Shown here: positions 47,269 to 57,766 of the stretch, piece after piece
Layout: each line of letters begins with the position of its first letter
Numbering within the stretch: position 1 is the stretch's first letter
Source of the DNA: Minisyncoccota bacterium
Lineage (GTDB): Bacteria > Patescibacteriota > Minisyncoccia > Phycocordibacterales > UBA918
Assembly: GCA_021129515.1 (NCBI GenBank)
Contig: JAJOLD010000001.1
Coordinates: 61,633 to 125,632 of the forward strand
Direction: 5' to 3'
DNA length: 64,000 nucleotides
Notes under the pieces: model-generated
Told to the model about the DNA's origin: nothing
What the model saw: only the letters and a program-made list of their open reading frames with translations
The model's database searches: none
Position numbers and translations under genes: made by a program

Positions 47269-47625
47269 TTACCCCCTCATACAACGACAATTCTGTAGCA
47301 CCCCCACAAGTTTAGCTTCCCGTGTATCTGCAGGAAACATCACCAAGAAATAGAACCAGTTTGCCCAAATCAGGACAACACCTGCCATGCATGCAATGCC
47401 AGCGGGCAGCAACGGCACCAGGTGCCAATGTACATTCCACGCAACAAACGGATAGTTATCAACAAATGTAAAAATGAACATCGGCACAGTAAGCAGCGGT
47501 ACAATCGCACTGACAATCATCGCATGTGCCGACCGAGTATATACCTTTAAGCCTGCAAAGACGATATCCATGATATAGAACAGCCCCATTGCAAGGGCAC
47601 TTACCAATGCAAATTGATAGTGCAT
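47269..47625 (-). CDS. Hypothetical membrane protein
   Basis: Four predicted TM helices. Confidence 0.5.
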   Translation of the reverse strand: MHYQFALVSALAMGLFYIMDIVFAGLKVYTRSAHAMIVSAIVPLLTVPMFIFTFVDNYPFVAWNVHWHLVPLLPAGIACMAGVVLIWANWFYFLVMFPADTREAKLVGVLQNCRCMRG

Positions 47626-47709
47626 AATATCTACTTATGTGTGATAAAAACTGATACAGTTATACTATGAATTTAGTGAAAAGCAATAGAGTGGCATCAT
47701 GCAATACCC

Positions 47710-49656
47710 CTACCGCACGGTCCATCCCTGTGCAATGACGGCTGCGTTGACAGTTTCCATAATTTCATTCACCTCTTCATCGGTGAGTGTTCGTTCGTCT
47801 GATTGGAAGACGAGTTTATATGCATACGATACCTGCGAAGTGCCATCTTCGTTTTCTTTCGTAAAGACATCAAAAAGTCGTGGTGCACGCACAAGCAAAT
47901 CACCTCCCGCTTTGGTTAGTATATGCTCAAGCGCTGTCTGATCTGCTTCACTAGGTACAAAAACAGCAATATCGCGAGACATATGCGGATATGGTGAAAT
48001 AGGTGCAAACGTACACTCAGGCGCACCTGTTTCGAGCACAGTATCGTAGGTGTCTGGTTGCGGAAGCACTTCAATGAGTGCAGTAAAGTCAATTTGCACG
48101 GTAGCACCACCCTCGTGTCGGTCGACGATGTCTCCAGGCACCTCTATACCAAGGTCTTCTGAAAGTTTCTTAAGTACCGCTTCGAGCGCTGCCTGCTCTC
48201 CTGCTTTGCTCTTCTTTCGCTTTGGATTATGGTAGCCAATACCCAATGCCGTATATTCTCTCTCTGGGGTGAATATCGCACCAAATTCAAATATATTCAC
48301 TGTGTCTGCACCAAGCAAATCAAGATTACGTGCGTTGAGTATCAGACTATCGGTGATACCATCATGTATATTGTCACGTAAATATGGGCGGTCTTTTGCC
48401 AGTGGGTTTTCAAGCACAAGAGCACCTGTTGCACGAAGCACGTAAGTCTGTACTTCAGAGTACCCATAGTCATTGAGTACCTGACGGATTTTATTTCTAT
48501 AATAAAACTCCTTGAGGACAGTTGGTGCAAAATCCATAGCACTCGGTAGTTCCTCAGGTACCTTGTCGTACCCGTATATACGCGCAATCTCCTCAATGAG
48601 GTCTTCAGCGATACGCATATCCAGCCGCTCATGCGGCACAGTAATGGTAACGTCGGTATCAGTCGCATCATATGGAAAACCAAAGGCTTCAATAATACGG
48701 ATAACTTCGTCACAGGGCACCTCAATACCAATCACTTGGTTAATCTTTGCATATGACACGGTTATCGTTGCCTGCGTTTCTGAATGTGGGTATACATCAG
48801 TACATGGTGCTACCACAGTATCGTCAGTGCCTGCAAGTGCTTGTATCAGTGCTGTTGCCATCTCGATACCGTGCGCAGCCATTTCTGAGGTAATACCATT
48901 TTCATAGCGCTTTGATGCATCAGTTTTAATCTGTGTTTTCTGCACTATTTTGCGCACCAATACGGAATTAAAATTAGCCGACTCAATCACAATGTTGGTG
49001 GTATGCTCGTCTACTTCCGCTTTCTTGCCACCTTTAATACCCGCGAGTGCTATTGGGTCCTTGCCGTCTGCAATCACGAGCACCGTTTCGTCGAGTTCGA
49101 TTTCTCTGTTATCGAGTGTGGTTATGGTTTCACCTGCACGAGCAGAACGAATCCTGATTTCACCATCCTCAATCTTGTCCGCATCAAACACATGCAGTGG
49201 TTGCCCCATGCCAAAGAGAACGTAGTTGGTAATATCAACAATATTGTTGATAGACCGTTGTCCGAGAGACTCAACGCGTTCCCGCAACCAATCCGGTGAT
49301 GGTCCCACGGTCACATTTGCCATATAACGACCAATATATCGAGGACAAAGCGCTTCGTTTTCAATGGTTACTGACAGTTTTTCACGCAAGGTTTCATCTC
49401 CTGGTACTGGTTCGTACACCTTCTCTGTGACCGGTGTATTGGTAAGGACACCAATTTCACGTGCAATACCTCGATGACAGAGACAGTCGTGCGCACGGTT
49501 TGGCAGCACATCAACATCGATGAGGTAGTCGTCCCCCTGCGGAGTCACTTGCTCAATCTCAAAAGCACCCTTGGTAATACGGGTAACCAGTTCCCTAGGA
49601 TCGGGCAATGTGCCATTGAAATACTCTTCTGCAAGCCATTTATATGAAACGTCCAT
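47710..49656 (-). CDS. pheT: Phenylalanyl-tRNA synthetase beta subunit
   Basis: N-terminal MDVSYKWLAEEY..., B3/4 and B5 domains. Confidence 0.9.
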   Translation of the reverse strand: MDVSYKWLAEEYFNGTLPDPRELVTRITKGAFEIEQVTPQGDDYLIDVDVLPNRAHDCLCHRGIAREIGVLTNTPVTEKVYEPVPGDETLREKLSVTIENEALCPRYIGRYMANVTVGPSPDWLRERVESLGQRSINNIVDITNYVLFGMGQPLHVFDADKIEDGEIRIRSARAGETITTLDNREIELDETVLVIADGKDPIALAGIKGGKKAEVDEHTTNIVIESANFNSVLVRKIVQKTQIKTDASKRYENGITSEMAAHGIEMATALIQALAGTDDTVVAPCTDVYPHSETQATITVSYAKINQVIGIEVPCDEVIRIIEAFGFPYDATDTDVTITVPHERLDMRIAEDLIEEIARIYGYDKVPEELPSAMDFAPTVLKEFYYRNKIRQVLNDYGYSEVQTYVLRATGALVLENPLAKDRPYLRDNIHDGITDSLILNARNLDLLGADTVNIFEFGAIFTPEREYTALGIGYHNPKRKKSKAGEQAALEAVLKKLSEDLGIEVPGDIVDRHEGGATVQIDFTALIEVLPQPDTYDTVLETGAPECTFAPISPYPHMSRDIAVFVPSEADQTALEHILTKAGGDLLVRAPRLFDVFTKENEDGTSQVSYAYKLVFQSDERTLTDEEVNEIMETVNAAVIAQGWTVR

Positions 49657-49659
49657 ATC

Positions 49660-50445
49660 TTAAAATTGATTTACAAGCCTCAGATCACCACTCGACATAA
49701 GGCGAATATCAGTAATGCCATACTTGAGCATTGCAAGACGCTCCACACCCGTACCAAATGCAAATCCCTGATACCGCGTAGCATCAATACCTGCAGCGTT
49801 TAGTACATTTGGGTGCACCATGCCAGCGCCAAGAATTTCTATCCAGCCACTTTGCTTGCAAGTTGGGCAGCCGTCACCACCACACTTAAAGCACACCATA
49901 TCAATTTCAACACCAGGTTCCACAAATGGGAAAAAGCCTGGACGAAACTGCGTTTGCACATCGTCACCGTAGAGCTTGCGGAGATAATGATTCAACGTAC
50001 CTTTAAGATGCGCCATAGTGACATCCTCCCCAACAACAAGCCCTTCTACCTGATGAAATTGAAAATCATGAGTCGCGTCAGTTGCTTCATTACGAAAGAC
50101 ACGCCCCGGTACAATTATTTTAAACGGTGGCTTTTTTGTCTCCATGTATCGTCCCTGCACAGCTGAGGTCTGTGTGCGGAGGACTGTTTCCTTGAGTCCC
50201 TTGACCCAAAAGGTATCCTGCATATCACGTGAAGGATGGTCACGCGGGACATTCAGTATGTCAAAATTATACTGCTCAGTTTCCATCTCTGGTCCAGCAG
50301 CAACTTCAAAGCCCATCTCAATCAGTGGACGTGCAATGTCGTTAATAATATGTGTTACTGGATGCGTATGCCCTTTCTGTGTTTCCATAATCGTACTCGC
50401 GATTATACCGCTAAAAATAGAAATAATAAAGGAAAGCACTTGCAT
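49660..50445 (-). CDS. pheS: Phenylalanyl-tRNA synthetase alpha subunit (short form)
   Basis: Class II motifs FRPGFFPFVEPG, GAGMVHPNVL. Confidence 0.9.
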   Translation of the reverse strand: MQVLSFIISIFSGIIASTIMETQKGHTHPVTHIINDIARPLIEMGFEVAAGPEMETEQYNFDILNVPRDHPSRDMQDTFWVKGLKETVLRTQTSAVQGRYMETKKPPFKIIVPGRVFRNEATDATHDFQFHQVEGLVVGEDVTMAHLKGTLNHYLRKLYGDDVQTQFRPGFFPFVEPGVEIDMVCFKCGGDGCPTCKQSGWIEILGAGMVHPNVLNAAGIDATRYQGFAFGTGVERLAMLKYGITDIRLMSSGDLRLVNQF

Positions 50446-50447
50446 GA

Positions 50448-50912
50448 GTGTCGTTTTTTGTGCATCATCAATCGCAGGTGTGCATACCTGTGAGGTGCGT
50501 CATGAATGATGATGAATTGCGGCAACATAACGAACAATGTTTTGAAGTGTCACAAGGACCGCTACGTGGATTCATTGATTATACTGAGCAGTTTGCGGCA
50601 TTTCTGTATGCGGTTCTCTTAATACAGAAGGACAGTGAGACATGGGATCAGCTTGTGTCTTATCTGCAAAAGGAATGCCCAAACGGTTATCTCTCATTCA
50701 GAAACTATACGATTTGTGCAGTTAAGCGGTGTACTGCTGAGGTATACATCGCTGGACATCCAGAACTGGAAGACAACATGCAGATGCAAAATCTCATCCT
50801 AGGTGATATTGAGCATCATGAAGTGAAGGTGTTTGTGTGCACTGAAAAATATTTGTCAGTGAGAACCATGCCTATATCAGTCTACGAAGCGGCGTCGCAT
50901 AGCGATGCTTAA
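50448..50912 (+). CDS. Hypothetical protein
   Basis: ORF ending at a bidirectional terminator. Confidence 0.45.
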   Translation: MSFFVHHQSQVCIPVRCVMNDDELRQHNEQCFEVSQGPLRGFIDYTEQFAAFLYAVLLIQKDSETWDQLVSYLQKECPNGYLSFRNYTICAVKRCTAEVYIAGHPELEDNMQMQNLILGDIEHHEVKVFVCTEKYLSVRTMPISVYEAASHSDA

Positions 50913-50918
50913 AATAAA

Positions 50919-50946
50919 AAGAGTCTGCAACAGCTGTTGCAGACTC
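50919..50946. terminator. Bidirectional terminator (12-bp perfect stem)
   Basis: aaaaAGAGTCTGCAACagcTGTTGCAGACTCT. Confidence 0.75.
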
Positions 50947-50952
50947 TCTGTG

Positions 50953-51441
50953 TTATAGAAAGAAAAGTCCAAGAAGGGGCAACAGCATCCACCAGAAGAA
51001 GTGTGCCTCAGACGCAAAGAGTGTATGAATTGGTGAACCGGGCGTAATAAGGTCGGTAACCGGGAGTACATGATAGCTATATGCCATCACAAGCACTGAC
51101 GCCATGATTGCGAACAGTGCTTTTTTTCCAAAACCTTCAAAGGCGGTTTCATCAGGATCAATGGGCATCAAGCGACCAAACAACATCGTGCTCAAGATGG
51201 TAAAGACTGCAAAGATAATAATCATGATAATCGAGTCACTCGACTGGTCCCCCACCTCTCCACTTAAGAATGATTCAAAGTATGGAAATTCAAGTGTAAT
51301 GAGGAGTGCGACATAGAGTCCCAAAATTAAGTTAATGAGCGACTGCCGCCCACGAATCATTGCAAACATCATGAATGCACAAAACACCAAAATCAGAAAT
51401 AATGATTCATGCAAAAAGCTAACCAATGTTGCTGTGTCCAT
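50953..51441 (-). CDS. Membrane protein (CvpA-like topology)
   Basis: Four TM helices. Confidence 0.5.
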   Translation of the reverse strand: MDTATLVSFLHESLFLILVFCAFMMFAMIRGRQSLINLILGLYVALLITLEFPYFESFLSGEVGDQSSDSIIMIIIFAVFTILSTMLFGRLMPIDPDETAFEGFGKKALFAIMASVLVMAYSYHVLPVTDLITPGSPIHTLFASEAHFFWWMLLPLLGLFFL

Positions 51442-51494
51442 AACGACATTATATGGTCATGAAACCAAATTTTCTTATAAGCCTCGGGATAAGA

Positions 51495-51517
51495 ATACAG
51501 GGGTCGGACCCCTGTAT
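51495..51517. repeat. REP palindrome family C (ATACAGGGGTC|GGACCCCTGTAT), left flank of RAYT-2
   Basis: Perfect 23-bp palindrome. Confidence 0.75.
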
Positions 51518-51533
51518 AGGATATACTAAAATC

Positions 51534-52157
51534 ATGCCAAGAAATCTTACTCCCCTTATTACGGGCGAAACATACCATATATACAATAGAGGTACTGAGA
51601 AGAGAAATATTTTCTGTGATAAGCAAGATTACCTCAGGTTTTATGCATCATTAGACCGTTTCAATATTGAAGAACCAGTTTTGAGCTTGCGGGATGCGAA
51701 AAGAAATAGTGATACAGATATCAAGCGTCTTGTTTCTATATCTGCATATTGCTTACTTCCAAATCATTTCCATCTTATGATGACTCAGTTATTGGATGGC
51801 GGTATTAGTGAATTCTTAAAAAGAGTCACTGGTGGTTACAGTGGCTATTTTAATGAAAAAAACAATCGTTCAGGCTCTCTATTTCAAGGTAAATTTAAAC
51901 GCATTCATGTAGATAGTGAAGCATACAGGCAATATTTGCTTGTATACATCAATGAAAATCATCATGTACATAAACTTGATGGTGTTTGTGATATATATCA
52001 TACAAGTTCCGTGCATTATCAGGGTCTCAAGCGCAGTAATCTTATTCAAGACAGTCATATCGAAAAATATTCAACACAAGAAGCCAAAAAGTTGGCAGCT
52101 GATATATACCAAAGACGAAATGCTGAAAAGAAACTACTTCAAGTCTTAGGTGAATAA
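51534..52157 (+). CDS. REP-associated tyrosine transposase (RAYT), paralogue 2
   Basis: YHIYNRG, HUH motif NHFHLMMTQ, Tyr motif LLVYINENHHVH; about 55 % identical to paralogue 1; flanked by family-C palindromes. Confidence 0.8.
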   Translation: MPRNLTPLITGETYHIYNRGTEKRNIFCDKQDYLRFYASLDRFNIEEPVLSLRDAKRNSDTDIKRLVSISAYCLLPNHFHLMMTQLLDGGISEFLKRVTGGYSGYFNEKNNRSGSLFQGKFKRIHVDSEAYRQYLLVYINENHHVHKLDGVCDIYHTSSVHYQGLKRSNLIQDSHIEKYSTQEAKKLAADIYQRRNAEKKLLQVLGE

Positions 52158-52163
52158 ATACAC

Positions 52164-52188
52164 TATACAGGGGTCGGACCCCTGTATA
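52164..52188. repeat. REP palindrome family C, right flank of RAYT-2
   Basis: TATACAGGGGTCGGACCCCTGTATA, perfect 25-bp palindrome. Confidence 0.75.
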
Positions 52189-52204
52189 CAGGCTTGTGTG
52201 TATG

Positions 52205-52621
52205 TTACATGCGATTTATTGCATAGGTTGTGGCGTCCTGTACGTGTTTAAATCTATCTCCCATAAGCTTGATGCCACCAAACCAGCGGGTGACACAGAC
52301 GACACAGTTTGAGACATCTTGTTTTTGCATAATGCGGAGAATGACCATACCGGCACCGGTCTCACCGTCGTCATTCTTTGTTTCAAAAATAGCTCCATCT
52401 TTGCTAATACGTGCTGCCCATGAGTTGTGTGTTGCTTTTGCGTACTTTTTGTTTTGTTTGAGTGTTTTGAGGAATTGTTTGATATCTTCCCCACCTTCGA
52501 CTCTTCCGATACTCACAGAATAGATACTGCCACGGTCTTTGATAATCTTTTCATACAGCACAAAAGAACCTTGCGGTTCTTTTGTGTCTCCAAAATCAAA
52601 TTGTGTGTTTTGCTTGGGCAT
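52205..52621 (-). CDS. IMPACT/YigZ (UPF0029) family protein
   Basis: ATHNSWAAR...DDGETGAGMVIL...VCVTRWFGGIKLMG. The longer ORF-track N-terminus overlaps dnaJ and was trimmed to Met 52621. Confidence 0.75.
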   Translation of the reverse strand: MPKQNTQFDFGDTKEPQGSFVLYEKIIKDRGSIYSVSIGRVEGGEDIKQFLKTLKQNKKYAKATHNSWAARISKDGAIFETKNDDGETGAGMVILRIMQKQDVSNCVVCVTRWFGGIKLMGDRFKHVQDATTYAINRM

Positions 52622-52733
52622 GATGTGACTATGGAGATGTAAGTGGTCGCTCTCTGGATTGCCTGCCTGTGCATGTTCACATGCAATCGGGCTTGTCACT
52701 TCACTTCGTTTCGCTCCTCGCAATGACGGTAGG

Positions 52734-53798
52734 CTATATTCCTTCATTTCGTAAGTCCTCCACGAGCTTTTTTGCTTTCCGTGACAGTTTCTGTGGAATA
52801 TCGATTGCAACCTTAACCATGAAGTCGCCGCGTTTGCCCTGTACAGGCACCCCCTTTCCTTTGATGCGGAGCATTTCTCCATGACTGATGCCTGCAGGTA
52901 TCTTGATAGTCACTTCTCCATCGAGGGTCTCTACAGCGTATGAGCTGCCGAGTATTGCATCAGATAGTTTTACGCGGAGTGGGCTGATGAGCGTTGCACC
53001 TTCGCGTTTGATGCTCTCGTGTGGTGCAACGTGAATCTTTACATAGAGATCGCCCGGTGTACCGCCAGGCACTGCTTCTCCATGTCCGGTAAGGCGGACC
53101 ATTTCACCATGTTCGATGCCTGCTGGGATGTTGATTTGTACCTCGTCATCACTACGGCGCACGCCAGTTCCAGAACAGTTTGCACAGACCTCCTTCGGAA
53201 TCTGTCCCTTGCCGTGACACTTGCTACATTCGCGAACGGTCGCAAAATTCCCCATGATACTCTGACGCACTTCACGTATTTTTCCATTTCCGTTACACAC
53301 GTCGCAGGTAGTCGTCTCAGATGGGTTTTTTGCTCCTGTTCCGTTACAGGTCGTACATTCGTTGTTCTTGGTGAGCTTGAGTGAACGCTTGGTACCAAAC
53401 ACTGCTTCTTTGAATGAAAGCTCAATATCGACAGAGATATCGTTACCCCGCGCACGACCGCCTCCTCGCCCGCCACCAAACATATCACCAAAGTTCTCAA
53501 AGATGTCGTTAATATCAAACTCAACGCCACCTTGTCCTCCCTGGAATCCGCCAAAGCCACCGAAGCCTGCACCTGGTCCACCTGCAGCCCCGTTGTATGA
53601 ACGACCATAGGTATCGTACTCGGCACGTTTTTTGTCATCAGAGAGCACTGAGTATGCCTCGCTGATTTCTTTGAACTTGGCTTCGTCTCCCGTTTTTTTG
53701 TCAGGGTGGTACTTACCGGCGAGTTTGCGAAAGGCCTTCTTCACGTCAGTCTTCGACGCGCTTTTTTCGACACCAAGAATTTGATAGTAGTCCTTCAT
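52734..53798 (-). CDS. dnaJ: Chaperone DnaJ
   Basis: J-domain with HPD; four CxxCxGxG repeats. Confidence 0.95.
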   Translation of the reverse strand: MKDYYQILGVEKSASKTDVKKAFRKLAGKYHPDKKTGDEAKFKEISEAYSVLSDDKKRAEYDTYGRSYNGAAGGPGAGFGGFGGFQGGQGGVEFDINDIFENFGDMFGGGRGGGRARGNDISVDIELSFKEAVFGTKRSLKLTKNNECTTCNGTGAKNPSETTTCDVCNGNGKIREVRQSIMGNFATVRECSKCHGKGQIPKEVCANCSGTGVRRSDDEVQINIPAGIEHGEMVRLTGHGEAVPGGTPGDLYVKIHVAPHESIKREGATLISPLRVKLSDAILGSSYAVETLDGEVTIKIPAGISHGEMLRIKGKGVPVQGKRGDFMVKVAIDIPQKLSRKAKKLVEDLRNEGI

Positions 53799-53981
53799 CC
53801 CGTTAGAGTTTATTAATGATAATTCTATGTCACTATAACACTTCCTTCACAACTAAGTTCTTTGTACCAGAATACTCTTTTTTATAAACTCTAACGGGAT
53901 TCATCCCTGGCACTATAGAGTTTAGTTTACAATCCAAGCAAATGAACGCCTTTATCTCTAACGGGATTCATTGTTCAAATA

Positions 53982-55901
53982 CTATTTTGAATCGTCAGTT
54001 TTCTCTTCGTCAGTCACTTCTGCGTCACGCACAGCATCCTCTGATTGTGGAGCTTCCTGCGTGTCAGCATCTGCCTCTGGTGCGGCTCCTGCATCACCTC
54101 CCTGCTGTTGCATGGCCTCACCAATCTTTTGCATTTCGGTTGAGAGTGTTTCGGTTGCTGTGGTGATTGCGTCCTTGTCGTCTTTGTCTTTCACCTCTTT
54201 TACACCAGCAATCGCTTTTTCGACTGCTTCTTTCACGTCGTCACCGATTTTATCCTTGTGGTCAGTCAGCGACTTCTCTGCAGTGTAGATGAGCTGCTCT
54301 GCAATATTGCGCGTCTCGATGAGCTCTTTCTTCTTCTCATCTTCACCTGCATGCTCTTCAGCTTCCTGCTTCATGCGTTCGATATCGTCTTCTGAAAGAC
54401 CTGAGTTAGCTTCGATGCGGATTGACTGCTCTTTTCCGGTTGACTTGTCTTTTGCAGTTACATTGAGCACTCCGTTTGAGTCAACGTCGAAGGTTACCTC
54501 AATCTGTGGCACGCCGCGTGGTGCTGGTGGAATACCATCGAGCACAAAGCGTCCAAGTGACTTGTTGTCAGTCGCCATCGGTCGTTCTCCTTGGGTGATG
54601 TGAATCTCAGTACTGGTTTGGTTGTCAGCTGCGGTTGAGAACACCTGCTCTTTCTTGGTTGGGATGTGGGTGTTCTTGTCGATAAGTTTTGTTGCAACAC
54701 CACCCATAGTTTCAATGCCGAGTGAGAGTGGAATCACATCAACAAGCGTGATGTCCTGTACGTCGCCCTGGAGTACACCTGCCTGAATTGCCGCTCCTTG
54801 TGCAACCACTTCGTCAGGGTTAATGCTCTTGTTTGGCTCTTTACCAAAGAGTTCTTTTACTGCCTCCTGGATACGTGGCATACGAGTCTGTCCACCAACG
54901 AGAATGACTTCGTTGATTTCTTCCTTTGAGAATGATGATGCCTCGATTGCGCGCTTGGTGATTTCGATTGAGCGGTCGATGTATTCTGCTGAAAGCTCTT
55001 CAAGCTTCGCTCGAGTGAGGGTAAGAATAAGGTTCTTCGGTCCATCTTCACCGTAGGTAATGAATGGAATCTGAATTTCAGTCTCAGGTGTTGCTGAGAG
55101 CTCCAGTTTTGCTTTCTCAGCAGCGTCGTCGAGTCGCTGGAGTGCGAGTGGGTCCTTTCCAAGGTCGATACCTTCTTCTTTTTTAAATTCTTCAATAAGG
55201 TGTCGCACGATAGCACGGTCGATATCACGACCACCCATATGTGAGTCACCGTCAGTAGACTGCACCTCAACCACGTCGTCACCAACTTCAAGTACGGTCA
55301 CGTCAAAGGTGCCACCACCGAAGTCGTACACCACAATCTTTTCGTCTTTCTTTTTGTTGAATCCGTATGAAAGTGCCGCTGCAGTTGGTTCGTTGATGAT
55401 GCGCTTTACGTCGAGCCCTGCAATTTTCCCTGCATCCTGTGTTGCCTTTCGCTGTGCGTCGTTGAAGTATGCTGGTACAGTAATCACCGCTTCAGTAATC
55501 TTCTCACCAGTCTTTGCCTCAGCATCAGCTTTGAGCTTTGAGAGAATCATTGCTGATACCTCTTCTGGGCGGTACTCCTTCTCACCCATGACCACAATAG
55601 CACCACCATCCTCGCCCTTCTTGATTTCAAATGGCACGATATCCTGATCGTCTTGTACAGACTTGTCATCAAAATTGTGCCCCATAAGGCGCTTAATGCC
55701 GTAGATAGTATTTTGTGGGTTGGTTTCAGCTTGTCGCTTCGCGATTTGCCCAACGAGCCGCTCGTTCTTCTTTGAAATTGCAACGATAGAAGGCGTTGTT
55801 CGATTACCTTCTGCGTTTTCAATGATTGTTGGTTCACCACCGTCAACAATAGCCATTGCTGAGTTGGTGGTTCCAAGGTCGATTCCTAAAATTTTTGCCA
55901 T
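53982..55901 (-). CDS. dnaK: Chaperone DnaK (Hsp70)
   Basis: [17 protein letters not shown] and other signature motifs. Confidence 0.95.
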   Translation of the reverse strand: MAKILGIDLGTTNSAMAIVDGGEPTIIENAEGNRTTPSIVAISKKNERLVGQIAKRQAETNPQNTIYGIKRLMGHNFDDKSVQDDQDIVPFEIKKGEDGGAIVVMGEKEYRPEEVSAMILSKLKADAEAKTGEKITEAVITVPAYFNDAQRKATQDAGKIAGLDVKRIINEPTAAALSYGFNKKKDEKIVVYDFGGGTFDVTVLEVGDDVVEVQSTDGDSHMGGRDIDRAIVRHLIEEFKKEEGIDLGKDPLALQRLDDAAEKAKLELSATPETEIQIPFITYGEDGPKNLILTLTRAKLEELSAEYIDRSIEITKRAIEASSFSKEEINEVILVGGQTRMPRIQEAVKELFGKEPNKSINPDEVVAQGAAIQAGVLQGDVQDITLVDVIPLSLGIETMGGVATKLIDKNTHIPTKKEQVFSTAADNQTSTEIHITQGERPMATDNKSLGRFVLDGIPPAPRGVPQIEVTFDVDSNGVLNVTAKDKSTGKEQSIRIEANSGLSEDDIERMKQEAEEHAGEDEKKKELIETRNIAEQLIYTAEKSLTDHKDKIGDDVKEAVEKAIAGVKEVKDKDDKDAITTATETLSTEMQKIGEAMQQQGGDAGAAPEADADTQEAPQSEDAVRDAEVTDEEKTDDSK

Positions 55902-55908
55902 ACGTTTG

Positions 55909-56496
55909 TTATGAGTTACTTATGATTACTTTTGCTGGACGAATAATAGTGCCGTTTCGTTCGTAGCCGTATTGGATGACTTTCAGTACCGTATCTTTTG
56001 GTGCATCAGCATTTTCTTCAATCTTCATTGCCTCGTGACGCTCTGGGTCGAATACCTCTCCTTCTGGATGTATTTCGGTGACACCGTGCATGGTGAGAAT
56101 ATTCTTCAGTTGTGCATGGATTCCCTCTACGCCGACACGCCAGTTCTTGTCGACTGCCTCCCAGGCTTCTTTGTTTGCCATTGCCATGGTGAAGCTGTCG
56201 CACAGTGGCAGGAGGTCTTGAATAAATCCTTCGGTAATACGTTCGGTGTCACGCGAGAGCTGTTCTTCCAGTCGTTTCTTGCTGTTGAGGAAGTCTGCTT
56301 TCGTGCGCTGGAGATTTTCGAGGTGTTGCATTTTTTCCTCCTCACAGACTTTGAGCTTTTCACGCAAGGCCTTCATTTTATCGCCTGATTGTGCTTCTTC
56401 CTCTTCTAATTCGAGTTCGGGAGGAGCTTGGTCTTCCGTTTCGGGAATAAATTCCTCCTCGTCAAGGTGCTTTTCTTCTTTCATAGTGAACAACAT
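55909..56496 (-). CDS. grpE: Nucleotide exchange factor GrpE
   Basis: Conserved C-terminal GrpE domain; start at Met 56496 or 56484. Confidence 0.85.
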   Translation of the reverse strand: MLFTMKEEKHLDEEEFIPETEDQAPPELELEEEEAQSGDKMKALREKLKVCEEEKMQHLENLQRTKADFLNSKKRLEEQLSRDTERITEGFIQDLLPLCDSFTMAMANKEAWEAVDKNWRVGVEGIHAQLKNILTMHGVTEIHPEGEVFDPERHEAMKIEENADAPKDTVLKVIQYGYERNGTIIRPAKVIISNS

Positions 56497-57183
56497 TATA
56501 AATGGAAAAGAGTGTTGTGTAAAGAGAATTTTAGGGCTTGTATAAAGGGTATAATAGTGATGTAAAGATTCCTGGTTATTTAGGCGCCGCCGCGCTTGCT
56601 TATTAACCAACTGTGCTCGTGCTACGAGAACAGTTAAACCAATAAAAAATATTACAACTTATTTTGTGATTAAAAAACCCTGAAATTTTATTTCGGGGGG
56701 TTAATAGAGCTACACACATCAATCAAAGAATTCGTCAGCGGGCTCTATATTGAGCTCTACTACCATCTTAATAATCTCATTCCGAGTAACTAATTGTGGA
56801 ATCAGTGATTCATGACCAAGATACATGGGCGAATATATATAGTTCCTTGCTCGTCTTTGTTTCCGAATGAACTCAGGTATTACTTCGTCTACGGGTATAT
56901 TTTGCGTATTTGCAATCAATTGCTTGAACAAAGGTTCAAGGTCAGTACCCGAATATTACTGAATAATTTCTAGGTTTGTCACTGCTTGTCTCCTTTGGAA
57001 CGAAATCAAACTTTCAACTACCATATCTGCATATAAAGTGCATGATATTTTTTATCGTTTACCTCACAAGTTGCTAACTATTTTAAGAAACTGCGTTTTT
57101 AAAATAGTAAGTACTCGCGAGCCCGCCTCGCGGTTCGTCGCCCTAGGTTAGGGGCGACTCACAACGCTCCGGCCGTCGAAACT

Positions 57184-57211
57184 AAAAAAAGCCGCGAAGG
57201 CGGCTTTTTTT
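57184..57211. terminator. Bidirectional terminator-like hairpin (unit 1)
   Basis: aaaaaaaGCCGCgaagGCGGCttttttt. Confidence 0.7.
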
Positions 57212-57322
57212 AACGCTTTGGCGTCAGGTTTGTAACTCGCTGCGCTCCTAACAACCTCCTGCCCGGGCTCGCTCGTTTCGGCATGTAGGAATAGCCGAAA
57301 CATTGCTCCGCCTGTCCAAGCT

Positions 57323-57350
57323 AAAAAAGAGCCCGCAGGGGCTCTTTTTC
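57323..57350. terminator. Bidirectional terminator immediately downstream of rpsI (unit 2)
   Basis: aaaaAGAGCCCgcaGGGGCTCTtttt. Confidence 0.75.
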
Positions 57351-57752
57351 TTAACGCTTGGACCACTGTCCGCTCTTTCGAGCTTTCTTGAGACCAAATT
57401 TCTTTCGTTCTACTGAGCGTGGGTCTCGCTTGAGGAATCCTGCTTTCTTGAGTGGGACACGTCGTTCTGCGTCTTCTTTCACGAGTGCGCGCGCAATACC
57501 GAGTCGAATTGCTTCTGCTTGTGAAGAGAGTCCGCCGCCATGCACCTTTGCAGTAATGGTGTATGTGCCTGCAGCTGCATCTTCAGTATCAAGTACTGAA
57601 AGGACATCTTTCTGGAGTGCCTCAGCTGCAAAGTATTCTGCAAGCGCTTTGTCGTTTACGAGGATTGACTGCTCTTTCGCAGGAGTAATACGAACGCGTG
57701 CTGATGCGGTCTTTCGTCGTCCGATTCCCTCAATGTATTGTGTCGTTGCCAT
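57351..57752 (-). CDS. rpsI: 30S ribosomal protein S9
   Basis: Full-length match to the S9 family (...GLKKARKSGQWSKR). Confidence 0.95.
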   Translation of the reverse strand: MATTQYIEGIGRRKTASARVRITPAKEQSILVNDKALAEYFAAEALQKDVLSVLDTEDAAAGTYTITAKVHGGGLSSQAEAIRLGIARALVKEDAERRVPLKKAGFLKRDPRSVERKKFGLKKARKSGQWSKR

Positions 57753-57766
57753 ATATTAATAAATGA

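Noticed and set aside
52622-52882. N-terminal 87-aa extension of the IMPACT-family ORF
   Set aside because: It overlaps the 3' end of dnaJ on the same strand. The IMPACT homology starts at Met 52621, so the ORF was trimmed.
56497-56718. CIRCE/HrcA operator upstream of grpE-dnaK
   Set aside because: No TTAGCACTC-N9-GAGTGCTAA-like element is present. Only a weak CTCGTGCTACGAG palindrome was seen, which is insufficient to call.
57148-57366. 72-aa minus-strand ORF downstream of rpsI
   Set aside because: It spans two terminator hairpins and is Ala/Phe-rich low-complexity sequence. The region is better explained as structured non-coding DNA.
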